DNA from: Archangium sp.
GTDB taxonomy: Bacteria; Myxococcota; Myxococcia; Myxococcales; Myxococcaceae
Reading direction: 5' to 3'
DNA length: 64,000 bases
Assembly (NCBI GenBank): GCA_030695565.1
Contig: JAUYRZ010000112.1
Coordinates: 1,112 to 65,111 of the forward strand
This document shows, piece after piece, positions 44,806 through 52,558 of the stretch; the stretch's first letter is position 1; each line of letters begins with the position of its first letter. The position numbers were made by a program, and so were the translations under genes. The notes under the pieces were generated by a model. The model did no database searches. It was not told the DNA's origin and saw nothing but the letters and a program-made list of their open reading frames with translations.

Positions 44806-47800
44806 TCAGTGCGATGCGCTGGCTTCCTTCACGACGGGGGAGAGTTGGCCAACGCGAAGCTGCCGACGCCGCCACAGCGTGTACGCGGCGGGTAACACGA
44901 GCAACGTGAGCAGCATGCACGACCACAACCCACCCACCACCGGCGCGGCCGTGCGGGCCGAGATGTCGGCGCCCACGCCGCTTTCCCAGAGAAGGGGCAT
45001 CAAGCCGAGCACGGTGGTGGCCACCGTCATGAGCAACGGCCGCAGTCGCTGCGAGGCACCCTCGATCACCGCCGCGTCCACGTCTTCGGGCCTCAGCAGG
45101 CGCCCCTCGCTGCGATACCGCTCGAAGGATAGATCGAGGTAGACGATCATCACGATGCCGGTCTCGGCGGCGACGCCGGCGACGGCGATGAGCCCGACCC
45201 ACACCGCGGTGGACAGGTTGTAGGACATGGCGGCGAGCAGCCACACGCTGCCCGCCAGCGCGAACGGGAGACTGAGCAGCACCAGCGCCGTCTGCTGCCA
45301 GCCCCTCAACGAGAGGTAGAGCAGGACGATCACCAGCGCGAGCGTGAGCGGGAGGACGACGCGCATCCGCGCTTCCATCTGGGCCATGAACTCGTACTGG
45401 CCCGTCCATTGGAGCCGGTAGCCGGAGGGAAGGGTGAGGCGGCTGGCCACCAGCGCCTTCGCGTCTTTGACCCAGCCACCCAGGTCGCGCTTCGACGAGT
45501 CGATGTCCGCAAAGACGTAGCCGACCAGCACGCCGTTCTCGTCCTTGATCATCGGAGGGCCTGTCACCACGCGTACGTCGGCGAGGGTCCCCAGCGGTAC
45601 GGCTGCTCCGGGTTGACGCCATCGCTCGGCCGCGTCGGTCAATCCACCCGCCATTCCAGGAACGGCAGCGGGCGCGCCCATACCGCCTGCCGACCTGTCC
45701 GCAGCACCACCTCCCATTGCGCCCATGTTGGTGGCCCCGCTTCCTCCCGCCGCGCTCGAGGGCGGCATTGCAGACACGCCCGCGCCACCGCTGGTCTCGA
45801 GGCTCAGCGCTGACTCGCTGGTCTGCACCGGAATGAGGATCGTCCGCAGCGCCTCCGGGTCTGCGCGATAGCCGGCGCCGTAGCGCACGTTGACCGAGAA
45901 GCGCGAACGCCCAGCGATCACCGTCGAGACCGTCATGCCCCCGATGGCCGCCTCCACCACGTCGTTGACGTCACGAACGGTCAGCCCGTAGCGGGCGATC
46001 ACGTCGCGATCCGGCACGATGTCGATGTACTCGCGGCCGGTCTGCCGCTCCGCGAAGGTGCTCCTCGTGCCGGGCACGTCCCGCAGCATGCCCTCCAACT
46101 CGAGACTGACCCGCTCGATCTCTTGCAGGCTCTCGCCAAACACCTTGATGCCGACGGGCGTGCGCACCCCCGTGGTCAACATGTCGATGCGCGTGCGAAT
46201 GGGAGGCGCGATGGCCATCTGGAAGCCCGGCATCTGCAGGGCGGTGTCGAGATCACGCGAGAGCTCCGTGAGCGTTCGGCGCTTCTGCTCGGGCCAGAGC
46301 AGTCGCAGCGGCGGCTTGAGCCACTGAGGCCCACCACTGAACCAGCGCTCGCGCTCGAGCAGGGGCCATTGATCCTTCGGCTTGAGCGCGACCACTGTCT
46401 CGATCATGTCGAGCTGCGCTGGATCCGTCGGAGTCTCGGCGCGGCCCGCCTTGCCGTGCACCGAGGCTACCTCCTCGAAGCCCATGATGATTCGGTCCTG
46501 GGCGATCAACGCGCGCCTTGCTTCCTCGATGGAGATGCCGGGGAACGTGGTGGGCATGATCAACAGCGACCCCTCATCCAGCGGCGGCATGAACTCAGAG
46601 CCGAGCCGCAAGAAGAACGGCACCGTACCGGCCATGATCAGCGCCGCCGCCGCCACCACCCAGATCCGCCGCCGCACCACGAAGGTGACGATCGGCCGGT
46701 AGACCTTTCCCAACACTCTGTTGACGGGGTTCTCGGACTCCTTCCGAAAGCGCCCCTTGAGCAGAAGCACCATCAGAGGTGGCGCGAGCGTGATGGAGAG
46801 GATCGCCGCGGCGAACATCGCGAAGGTCTTCGTGTACGCCAGCGGGCGGAAGAGGCGGCCCGCCTGCCCCGCGAGCGTGAAGATGGGCAGGAAGCTGACG
46901 GTGATCAGCAGCAGCGAGAAGAAGATGGGCCGGCCCACCTCCTTGCAGGAGTCGATGATCACCCGCGCCCGATCTTCGCCGGGCTTCATGGCTGCGAGCC
47001 GCACGTGCGCGTTCTCGATCAGCACGATGGCCGCATCGGACAGCTCGCCCACCGCGATGGCGATGCCGCCCAGCGACATGATGTTCGAGGAGAGCCCCAG
47101 GTAGCGAATTGCGATGAACGAGAGCAGCACCGAGACCGGCAGGATGATCATCGCGATCAGCGCCGAGCGCGCGTGGAACAGGAAGATGAGCGAGATGAGC
47201 GCGACGATGAAGCCCTGCTGCAGGAGTGTCTTGGTCAGGGTGTTCACCGAGCCGACGATCAGCTCGGAGCGATCGTAGGTCGCGATCAGCTCGACCCCCT
47301 CAGGCAACCCGAGCTCGGCGACCTGCGCCTCGACGCCCTTGATGACCTCGAGGGCGTTCGAGCCGATGCGCATCACCACGATGCCTCCGACGGTCTCGCC
47401 CTTCGCGTTCCAGTCGGCTGCGCCGCGGCGAAGCTCGGGTCCAAACTGCAGCCGGGCGACGTCGCGCACGCGGATCGGCGTGCCCCCCGGGCCGAGCGAG
47501 ACCACGCTCTTCTCCAGGTCCTCCAGGGTCTTCACGTAGCCGCGCCCCCGCAGCACGTACTCGCGGCCTGCGAGCTCGAGCACCCGGGCTCCAACCTCTG
47601 AGTTGGAGTCACGCACTGCGCGCGTGACGTCGCCGAGCGTCAGGCCGTACGCGGTGAGCCGCGAGGGATCGAGGATGATCTGAAACTGGCGCTCGAAGCC
47701 TCCGAGCGACGCGACCTCGGCCACGCCGGGCACAGCCTGGAGCGCAGGGCGAACAGTAAAGTCTTGCAGCTCGCGCAGTTGCGCCAGGTCGAGCTTCCCC

Positions 47801-48243
47801 GAGGTGTCCTGGAGAACGTACTGGTACACCCAGCCGATGCCGCTCGCGTCGGGCCCGAGGATGGGCGTGGCGTCAACGGGGAGCGACGCTTGCACGCGGC
47901 CAAGCTGCTCCAGCACCCGCGTGCGCGCCCAGTAGATATCGGTGCCGTCTTCGAAGATGGCGTAGACGAAGCTCATGCCGAACATCGAGTAGCCGCGCAC
48001 GGTGAGCGCTTTGGGAGTGCTCTGGAGAGCGCGCACCAGGGGGTAGGTGATCTGATCTTCGACCAGGTCGGGGCTGCGTCCCATCCACTCGGTGAAGACG
48101 ATCACCTGCGGATCCGAGAGATCGGGGAGCGCGTCGAGTGGCGTCTTGCGGATCGAATCGATCGCCCAGCCGACGAGCAGCAGTGCGATGGCGAAGACCG
48201 CCAGACGGTGTTTGGCCGACCACTCGATGACGCGCTCGACCAT
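44806..48243 (-). CDS. cusA: CusA-family (HME-RND) heavy-metal efflux pump with a Met/Gly-rich periplasmic insertion
   Basis: CusA-like N-terminus (DALPDLSDPQVIVFTEWMGRSP...FGMSFVYAIFEDGTDIYWARTRVLEQL). 12 TM segments. 1145 aa, about 70 aa of it absent from the paralog at 55186..58464. Confidence 0.88.
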   Translation of the reverse strand: MVERVIEWSAKHRLAVFAIALLLVGWAIDSIRKTPLDALPDLSDPQVIVFTEWMGRSPDLVEDQITYPLVRALQSTPKALTVRGYSMFGMSFVYAIFEDGTDIYWARTRVLEQLGRVQASLPVDATPILGPDASGIGWVYQYVLQDTSGKLDLAQLRELQDFTVRPALQAVPGVAEVASLGGFERQFQIILDPSRLTAYGLTLGDVTRAVRDSNSEVGARVLELAGREYVLRGRGYVKTLEDLEKSVVSLGPGGTPIRVRDVARLQFGPELRRGAADWNAKGETVGGIVVMRIGSNALEVIKGVEAQVAELGLPEGVELIATYDRSELIVGSVNTLTKTLLQQGFIVALISLIFLFHARSALIAMIILPVSVLLSFIAIRYLGLSSNIMSLGGIAIAVGELSDAAIVLIENAHVRLAAMKPGEDRARVIIDSCKEVGRPIFFSLLLITVSFLPIFTLAGQAGRLFRPLAYTKTFAMFAAAILSITLAPPLMVLLLKGRFRKESENPVNRVLGKVYRPIVTFVVRRRIWVVAAAALIMAGTVPFFLRLGSEFMPPLDEGSLLIMPTTFPGISIEEARRALIAQDRIIMGFEEVASVHGKAGRAETPTDPAQLDMIETVVALKPKDQWPLLERERWFSGGPQWLKPPLRLLWPEQKRRTLTELSRDLDTALQMPGFQMAIAPPIRTRIDMLTTGVRTPVGIKVFGESLQEIERVSLELEGMLRDVPGTRSTFAERQTGREYIDIVPDRDVIARYGLTVRDVNDVVEAAIGGMTVSTVIAGRSRFSVNVRYGAGYRADPEALRTILIPVQTSESALSLETSGGAGVSAMPPSSAAGGSGATNMGAMGGGAADRSAGGMGAPAAVPGMAGGLTDAAERWRQPGAAVPLGTLADVRVVTGPPMIKDENGVLVGYVFADIDSSKRDLGGWVKDAKALVASRLTLPSGYRLQWTGQYEFMAQMEARMRVVLPLTLALVIVLLYLSLRGWQQTALVLLSLPFALAGSVWLLAAMSYNLSTAVWVGLIAVAGVAAETGIVMIVYLDLSFERYRSEGRLLRPEDVDAAVIEGASQRLRPLLMTVATTVLGLMPLLWESGVGADISARTAAPVVGGLWSCMLLTLLVLPAAYTLWRRRQLRVGQLSPVVKEASASH

Positions 48244-48246
48244 GGC

Positions 48247-49518
48247 CTACTCCCCGTGTCCCTGGTGGGGATTGGGCGCGGTGACCCCTGCATCAGCTGC
48301 GTCTTGAGTGGGCACTGCGGGCCTGGCCCCGCCACCGTGTCCAGAGTGACCTGTGCCTCCGCTCGACGCGCGCAGCCGGCTCTCTGAGTCGATGAGGAAG
48401 ACGCCGGAGGCCACCACCTGCTCGCCGCCCTCCAGCCCCTCGAGGATCTCCACGCGATCCGTGAGGCGGGCTCCGAGCCGAACGATGCGCGGCTCGAACT
48501 GCCCTTCGCCGGTCATCACGAAGACGTGCTGTTGGGCCCCGGTGTCCACTACCGCGTCCCGCGAGACCGTGAGCCGCTGCTGGGGATCGAGCTGAAAGTC
48601 TGCCGTCCCATAGAGGCCTGGTCGCAGCGAGCCGTCGGGGTTGGGCACCGAGAAGCGAACGCGCAGGGTGCGGGTCCGGTCGGTGAGGGTCGGGTAGATG
48701 AACTCGACCTTCGCGTCGATCGGCTGCCGGCCCGACGCGGAGAACTCCAACCGCGCCGAAGAGCCCGGGCGGATCGCGCTCGCGTCACTCTCAGCGACTT
48801 CGGCGAGTACCCAGACCTGGCTGAGATCGGCGACGGTGACGATCTCGGTCGAGGGATCCACCGCGGTTCCCACCGCCACGCCCCGGCGGAGAACGATGCC
48901 GGTGCGGGGGGCGACCAGCGTCACCAATCGTTGGGGCGTGCCTCGCCGCTCCAGCGCCTGGATCTGGGCTTCCGACATGCCCAGGACGATCAGCCTCGTC
49001 CTGGCGCTGGCACCGACGAGGCTCGCAGGGCCGGCCTGCGCGGCCTTCAGGGCCGAGAGGTACTCCACCTGCGAGGCGAACAGCTCTTGCGAGAAGATGC
49101 CCGCGAGCGGCGCGCCTGCCTTGACGCTCTGCCCGGTGGTGTTGACGAAGAGCTTCTCCAGCCAGCCGGAGACCCGGGTGTGCACGTGCGAGACGCGCGA
49201 CTCGTCGGGGACCACCGTCGCCACTGCGCGCACGGCGCTGTTGACGACACCCACCGTGGCTTGCTCCACCCTGATGTCGAACGACGCGAGCCTCGAGGGC
49301 TCGAGCTGCACGGGCGCACGCTTCGCGGTCCCGGGTACGGACGCATCGGGAGCGCTGCGCTTCGCTTCGATGCCGCCGACGCCGACCCCGTGGTGCAGCG
49401 AGAACGGCCAGCCGTGCCGGAAGTGCTGAATGACGAAGAACCCGCTGACCAGGACGACCGCGATCACCGCCGGGGCCGCGCGTCGAAGGAAGGTCTTGAG
49501 CCGCTCAGTGCGCGCCAT
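48247..49518 (-). CDS. cusB: RND periplasmic adaptor (CusB-like) with His-rich C-terminal tail
   Basis: ATG at 49518. TM anchor and HlyD/MFP barrel-sandwich pattern. Tail GGTGHSGHGG...HQGHGE. Confidence 0.8.
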   Translation of the reverse strand: MARTERLKTFLRRAAPAVIAVVLVSGFFVIQHFRHGWPFSLHHGVGVGGIEAKRSAPDASVPGTAKRAPVQLEPSRLASFDIRVEQATVGVVNSAVRAVATVVPDESRVSHVHTRVSGWLEKLFVNTTGQSVKAGAPLAGIFSQELFASQVEYLSALKAAQAGPASLVGASARTRLIVLGMSEAQIQALERRGTPQRLVTLVAPRTGIVLRRGVAVGTAVDPSTEIVTVADLSQVWVLAEVAESDASAIRPGSSARLEFSASGRQPIDAKVEFIYPTLTDRTRTLRVRFSVPNPDGSLRPGLYGTADFQLDPQQRLTVSRDAVVDTGAQQHVFVMTGEGQFEPRIVRLGARLTDRVEILEGLEGGEQVVASGVFLIDSESRLRASSGGTGHSGHGGGARPAVPTQDAADAGVTAPNPHQGHGE

Positions 49519-50776
49519 GGAACATTCCTTCCAGATCGCCGGTCGCCCGACCGAGCCGAGCCCAGGCTGCGCCCAGTGAGACCTCTGCTCCGAGCAGCTC
49601 TGCTTGCGTGGCCCAAAGTGTGCGCGCTGCATCGAGCACTGACACCAGGGGCAGCTGGCCCGAGGAATACCCCGCGAGCGAGGGCTCGATCGCCTGCCTG
49701 GCCCGCGGCATCACGTCGTCATGAAGTGAGGTGAACTGCACGCGCGCCGCGACCACCTCTTCGCGCGCCGAAGCGGCCTGACCTTCCGTCATCCGCTGCA
49801 TCGCCTCGAGGTCGGCCTTCGCCATCCGCGCCATCGCCTCGGCTTCGGAGACGCCCGCGCCCAGCTTTTCGCGCCACAGGGGGATGCTGACGCCCACCAT
49901 CAGCATCGCGCCGAAGCCGTCGGTCATGGTGTACGCGGGGCCCGTTCGCACCATGGCCATGGGGAAGTACATCGACTTCATCACGTCGACCTCTGCCTCA
50001 GCGCGAGCGATCTCTGACTTCCCGGCGCTCAGCTCGGGCCGCCCCGCAAGCGCAGCGTTCACGGTAGCTGCGCCATCAGGTGGACCGCTGACGCCCGACG
50101 AGAGACTGAGCTCGGGTATCGGCAGACCGGTGGCGCGCCCGAGGCTCGCGTTCAACATCGCCTCGGAGGCCTTGATCTGCGCCGCCATGGTCTTGAGACC
50201 CGCTTCGATGCGAGCGACCTCGATCTCTGCGCGAATGACGTCGGCCTGCGCCCCCGTCGCGCTGCCGTAGCGGGCGTTGGTGGCGCTGACGAATTGCTTC
50301 GCGAGCAGTCGCTGCTCCTCGAGGATCCGGAGCATTCCACGCCGCTCATAGAGCATGAGAAAGGCAGTCACCGCGTCGAGCTGAACGTCGAGCTTGGTGC
50401 GCTGCTCGTCTGAGCGCAGCCGCTTGGCTTCGGCCTCGGCCACTCGCCGTCGGTCACCGCGGATGCCCGAGAGCGGAAAACGCTGCTCGATGGTGAGGCT
50501 CACGTCGGCCGCAGCCATGCCGAAAGGCCAGTGATCGACCGAGGGCGAGATCATCGGGTCATCGAGCGCGGAGACGATGGCGGGTCGCTGCTCTGCGGCG
50601 AGCGCGCGCTCCCGGGCCGCGGTCACCTCAGCTCGTCGCTCCCGCGCCAGCGCGGGCACGTCTTCGAAACGGAGTGGGCTGGGGAGCTCGGCTGAAGGCT
50701 GGGCTCCTGCCAGCCCGGCGAAGGAGCCGAGCACGAGGGCGGTGAGTCTCAATGTGGAAATGCGAATGACGCACAC
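49505..50776 (-). CDS. cusC: TolC-family outer-membrane factor (CusC-like)
   Basis: GTG at 50776 lies 5 nt after GGAGG. Signal peptide RISTLRLTALVLGSFAGLAGA. Two OEP repeats. Overlaps the cusB start by 14 nt. Confidence 0.8.
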   Translation of the reverse strand: MCVIRISTLRLTALVLGSFAGLAGAQPSAELPSPLRFEDVPALARERRAEVTAARERALAAEQRPAIVSALDDPMISPSVDHWPFGMAAADVSLTIEQRFPLSGIRGDRRRVAEAEAKRLRSDEQRTKLDVQLDAVTAFLMLYERRGMLRILEEQRLLAKQFVSATNARYGSATGAQADVIRAEIEVARIEAGLKTMAAQIKASEAMLNASLGRATGLPIPELSLSSGVSGPPDGAATVNAALAGRPELSAGKSEIARAEAEVDVMKSMYFPMAMVRTGPAYTMTDGFGAMLMVGVSIPLWREKLGAGVSEAEAMARMAKADLEAMQRMTEGQAASAREEVVAARVQFTSLHDDVMPRARQAIEPSLAGYSSGQLPLVSVLDAARTLWATQAELLGAEVSLGAAWARLGRATGDLEGMFHGAH

Positions 50777-50814
50777 GTGAACCCTCCGGTCGTTTTCGGC
50801 GGCCCTCGTTGTCG

Positions 50815-50841
50815 ATAGGCGCGCGAGCCCGGCACCGTGAC
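50815..50841 (-). promoter_or_regulatory. Second-ECF-type promoter candidate (AGTCACG-N17-CCTAT) for cusCBA-1
   Basis: Minus strand reads ccaAGTCACggtgccgggctcgcgcgCCTATcgac, 38 nt upstream of the GTG at 50776. Confidence 0.5.
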
Positions 50842-51015
50842 TTGGTCGGTGTGCACGTTTGCGGCCGTTGAGTTCGCCCGGGACGTGGCGCAACCGCCGC
50901 AACAAACAGACTGCCGAGCGCACCAGTCGGCGCACACTTTGCGCTGGCTCTCGCGGCGCCCTCTTCGGCCGCATGAGTTGAACTCCTGCGCTTGCCAGCG
51001 AGCCGCAGATGCCGC

Positions 51016-51042
51016 GTCACGCCCGCCGGAACCCACGCCTAT
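51016..51042 (+). promoter_or_regulatory. Second-ECF-type promoter candidate (CGTCACG-N17-CCTAT) for mini-ORF/GMC oxidoreductase
   Basis: ccgCGTCACgcccgccggaacccacgCCTATcgc, 41 nt upstream of the mini-ORF ATG. Confidence 0.5.
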
Positions 51043-51083
51043 CGCAGCAGCCCTTTGTCGCGGGGCGCGAGGAGGTGTTCGAC

Positions 51084-51122
51084 ATGAAGAAGAAGCTCAA
51101 GATTCGTCACTGCGGCATCTGA
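51084..51122 (+). CDS. Candidate 12-codon leader ORF (MKKKLKIRHCGI)
   Basis: GAGGAGG lies 8-9 nt upstream of the ATG. The stretch is locally AT-richer than its surroundings. The ORF is followed by a hairpin and a T-rich tract before the GMC gene. It is too short to judge by codon bias. Confidence 0.2.
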   Translation: MKKKLKIRHCGI

Positions 51123-51137
51123 CCGGTTTCGTTTTCT

Positions 51138-51170
51138 CGGCGGCTGGGTGAACTCAGCCGCCGTTCTTTC
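51138..51170 (+). terminator. Leader hairpin CGGCGGCTG-N8-CAGCCGCCG followed by TTCTTTC
   Basis: Perfect 9-bp GC-rich stem with a T-rich tail, between the mini-ORF and the GMC start (51192). Possible attenuator. Confidence 0.3.
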
Positions 51171-51191
51171 TCCTCCTCATCAGGATGCTCT

Positions 51192-52514
51192 ATGCGCTTC
51201 GAGTCTCTCGTCGTCGGCGGTGGTCTGTGTGGAACTCTTGCTGCGCAGCATCTGGCCGAGGCGGGCCGCTCCGTCTTGCTGCTGGAAGCGGGCCCCACGG
51301 CGAAGCGCGCGCTTCCCATTGACGTCGCCGGCTTTCAGCGCATCACCCGCCCGCTCACCAAGCTCGACGCGCAGCGGTGGGCCTTCGCAGGGCCCAAAGG
51401 CTACGACTGGCATCGAGTGCGCGCGCTGGGCGGCCGTACGCTGCTCTGGGGCGGGTGGATGATGCGCCCCACCGCCGACTACTTTCGAGCGCGCAAGGAG
51501 CTGAACGCGGCCTGGCCCGTGGAGCTCGAGAAGCTCGGTCATTGGCTCAAGCTCGCGGAGCGCCGACTCGAGGTGAAGAAGGGTACCCGCGGCGTTCTCC
51601 ATCGCCGGCTCGCTCAGCTGGGACTGAACACGCTGGTCAAACATGAGGCGGTGAAGCCCGGCAGCCGCAGGATGCTCACCGCGCTCGACCTGCGCCCCCA
51701 ACACGTGCGCGAGGCGGCGGTGCTGTCCTTCGAGACAGGAGCCAAAGGCGTGGTGGTGCATCTCGAGGGCGGCCGTTCGATCGAGGGCCAGCGGCTCATC
51801 CTCGCCGCTTCACCGATCGAGACCGCTCGCATCGTCGCCGCCAGCTGTGGCAACGGAAGGCGTACGCGGATCAATTATGCAGACCATCTCATCGCGGGTG
51901 TCATCGGCATCACCGAGCGCCGGCCTGCAGCGGGCCATCCGCTCAACGGCGCTGATCCATCGGCGGTCATCGCTCCGGCCTCTGACGCCAATCATCGATT
52001 CACCACTGAAGTCCGGGGGCCCACTCCGCTGGAGCAGCTCGATCCCGATGACGTGAAGGCCCTTGGCTTCACTCCAGAGGAAGCCAGACAGCACTCGTTC
52101 TACGTGGTGTTCGCCATGGGAGAGACCGACCCCCGCGTGCCTCGCCAGTGCGTGCTCGACCCCACCTCGAAGGACGGCCTGGGCCGCCCGCAGCCGCGCT
52201 TCGTGAAGCGGCGCCACACGGACTGGGAGCGCTCCCTGGGCGAGGCGATGAACGGCACCTGCGTCCGCATCGGGGAGGCTCTGGTGGGAAAGCACGGCAA
52301 GTGGTTTCAGATCTACGACGCGCTCGAGTACGGCTCAGGCGGCCACGAGACTGGCACCTGCATGGACCAGGTGCTTCCGGACGGCGCCCTCCTCGGTTCG
52401 CCCGGAGTCTTCCTCGCCGATGGCTCAGGCGTTCCTGCCGCCACTGATCGCCACCCCAGCCTGACGCTGGCGGCCAATGCGCTGCGCGTTGCGGAGGCTG
52501 CCCTTCAGAAGTGA
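51192..52514 (+). CDS. GMC-family FAD-dependent oxidoreductase
   Basis: N-terminal FAD motif VVGGGLCGTLAAQHLAEAGRSVLLLEAG. C-terminal GMC-type region (GSGGHETGTCMD...FLADGSGVP). Confidence 0.7.
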   Translation: MRFESLVVGGGLCGTLAAQHLAEAGRSVLLLEAGPTAKRALPIDVAGFQRITRPLTKLDAQRWAFAGPKGYDWHRVRALGGRTLLWGGWMMRPTADYFRARKELNAAWPVELEKLGHWLKLAERRLEVKKGTRGVLHRRLAQLGLNTLVKHEAVKPGSRRMLTALDLRPQHVREAAVLSFETGAKGVVVHLEGGRSIEGQRLILAASPIETARIVAASCGNGRRTRINYADHLIAGVIGITERRPAAGHPLNGADPSAVIAPASDANHRFTTEVRGPTPLEQLDPDDVKALGFTPEEARQHSFYVVFAMGETDPRVPRQCVLDPTSKDGLGRPQPRFVKRRHTDWERSLGEAMNGTCVRIGEALVGKHGKWFQIYDALEYGSGGHETGTCMDQVLPDGALLGSPGVFLADGSGVPAATDRHPSLTLAANALRVAEAALQK

Positions 52515-52521
52515 CAGGGCG

Positions 52522-52549
52522 TGTCACGGCGCAGAGGCCCCGCGCCTAG
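52522..52549 (+). promoter_or_regulatory. Second-ECF-type promoter candidate (TGTCACG-N17-CCTAG) for cusCBA-2
   Basis: gcgTGTCACggcgcagaggccccgcgCCTAGcacagctggATG. The box ends 9 nt before the ATG at 52559. Confidence 0.45.
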
Positions 52550-52558
52550 CACAGCTGG

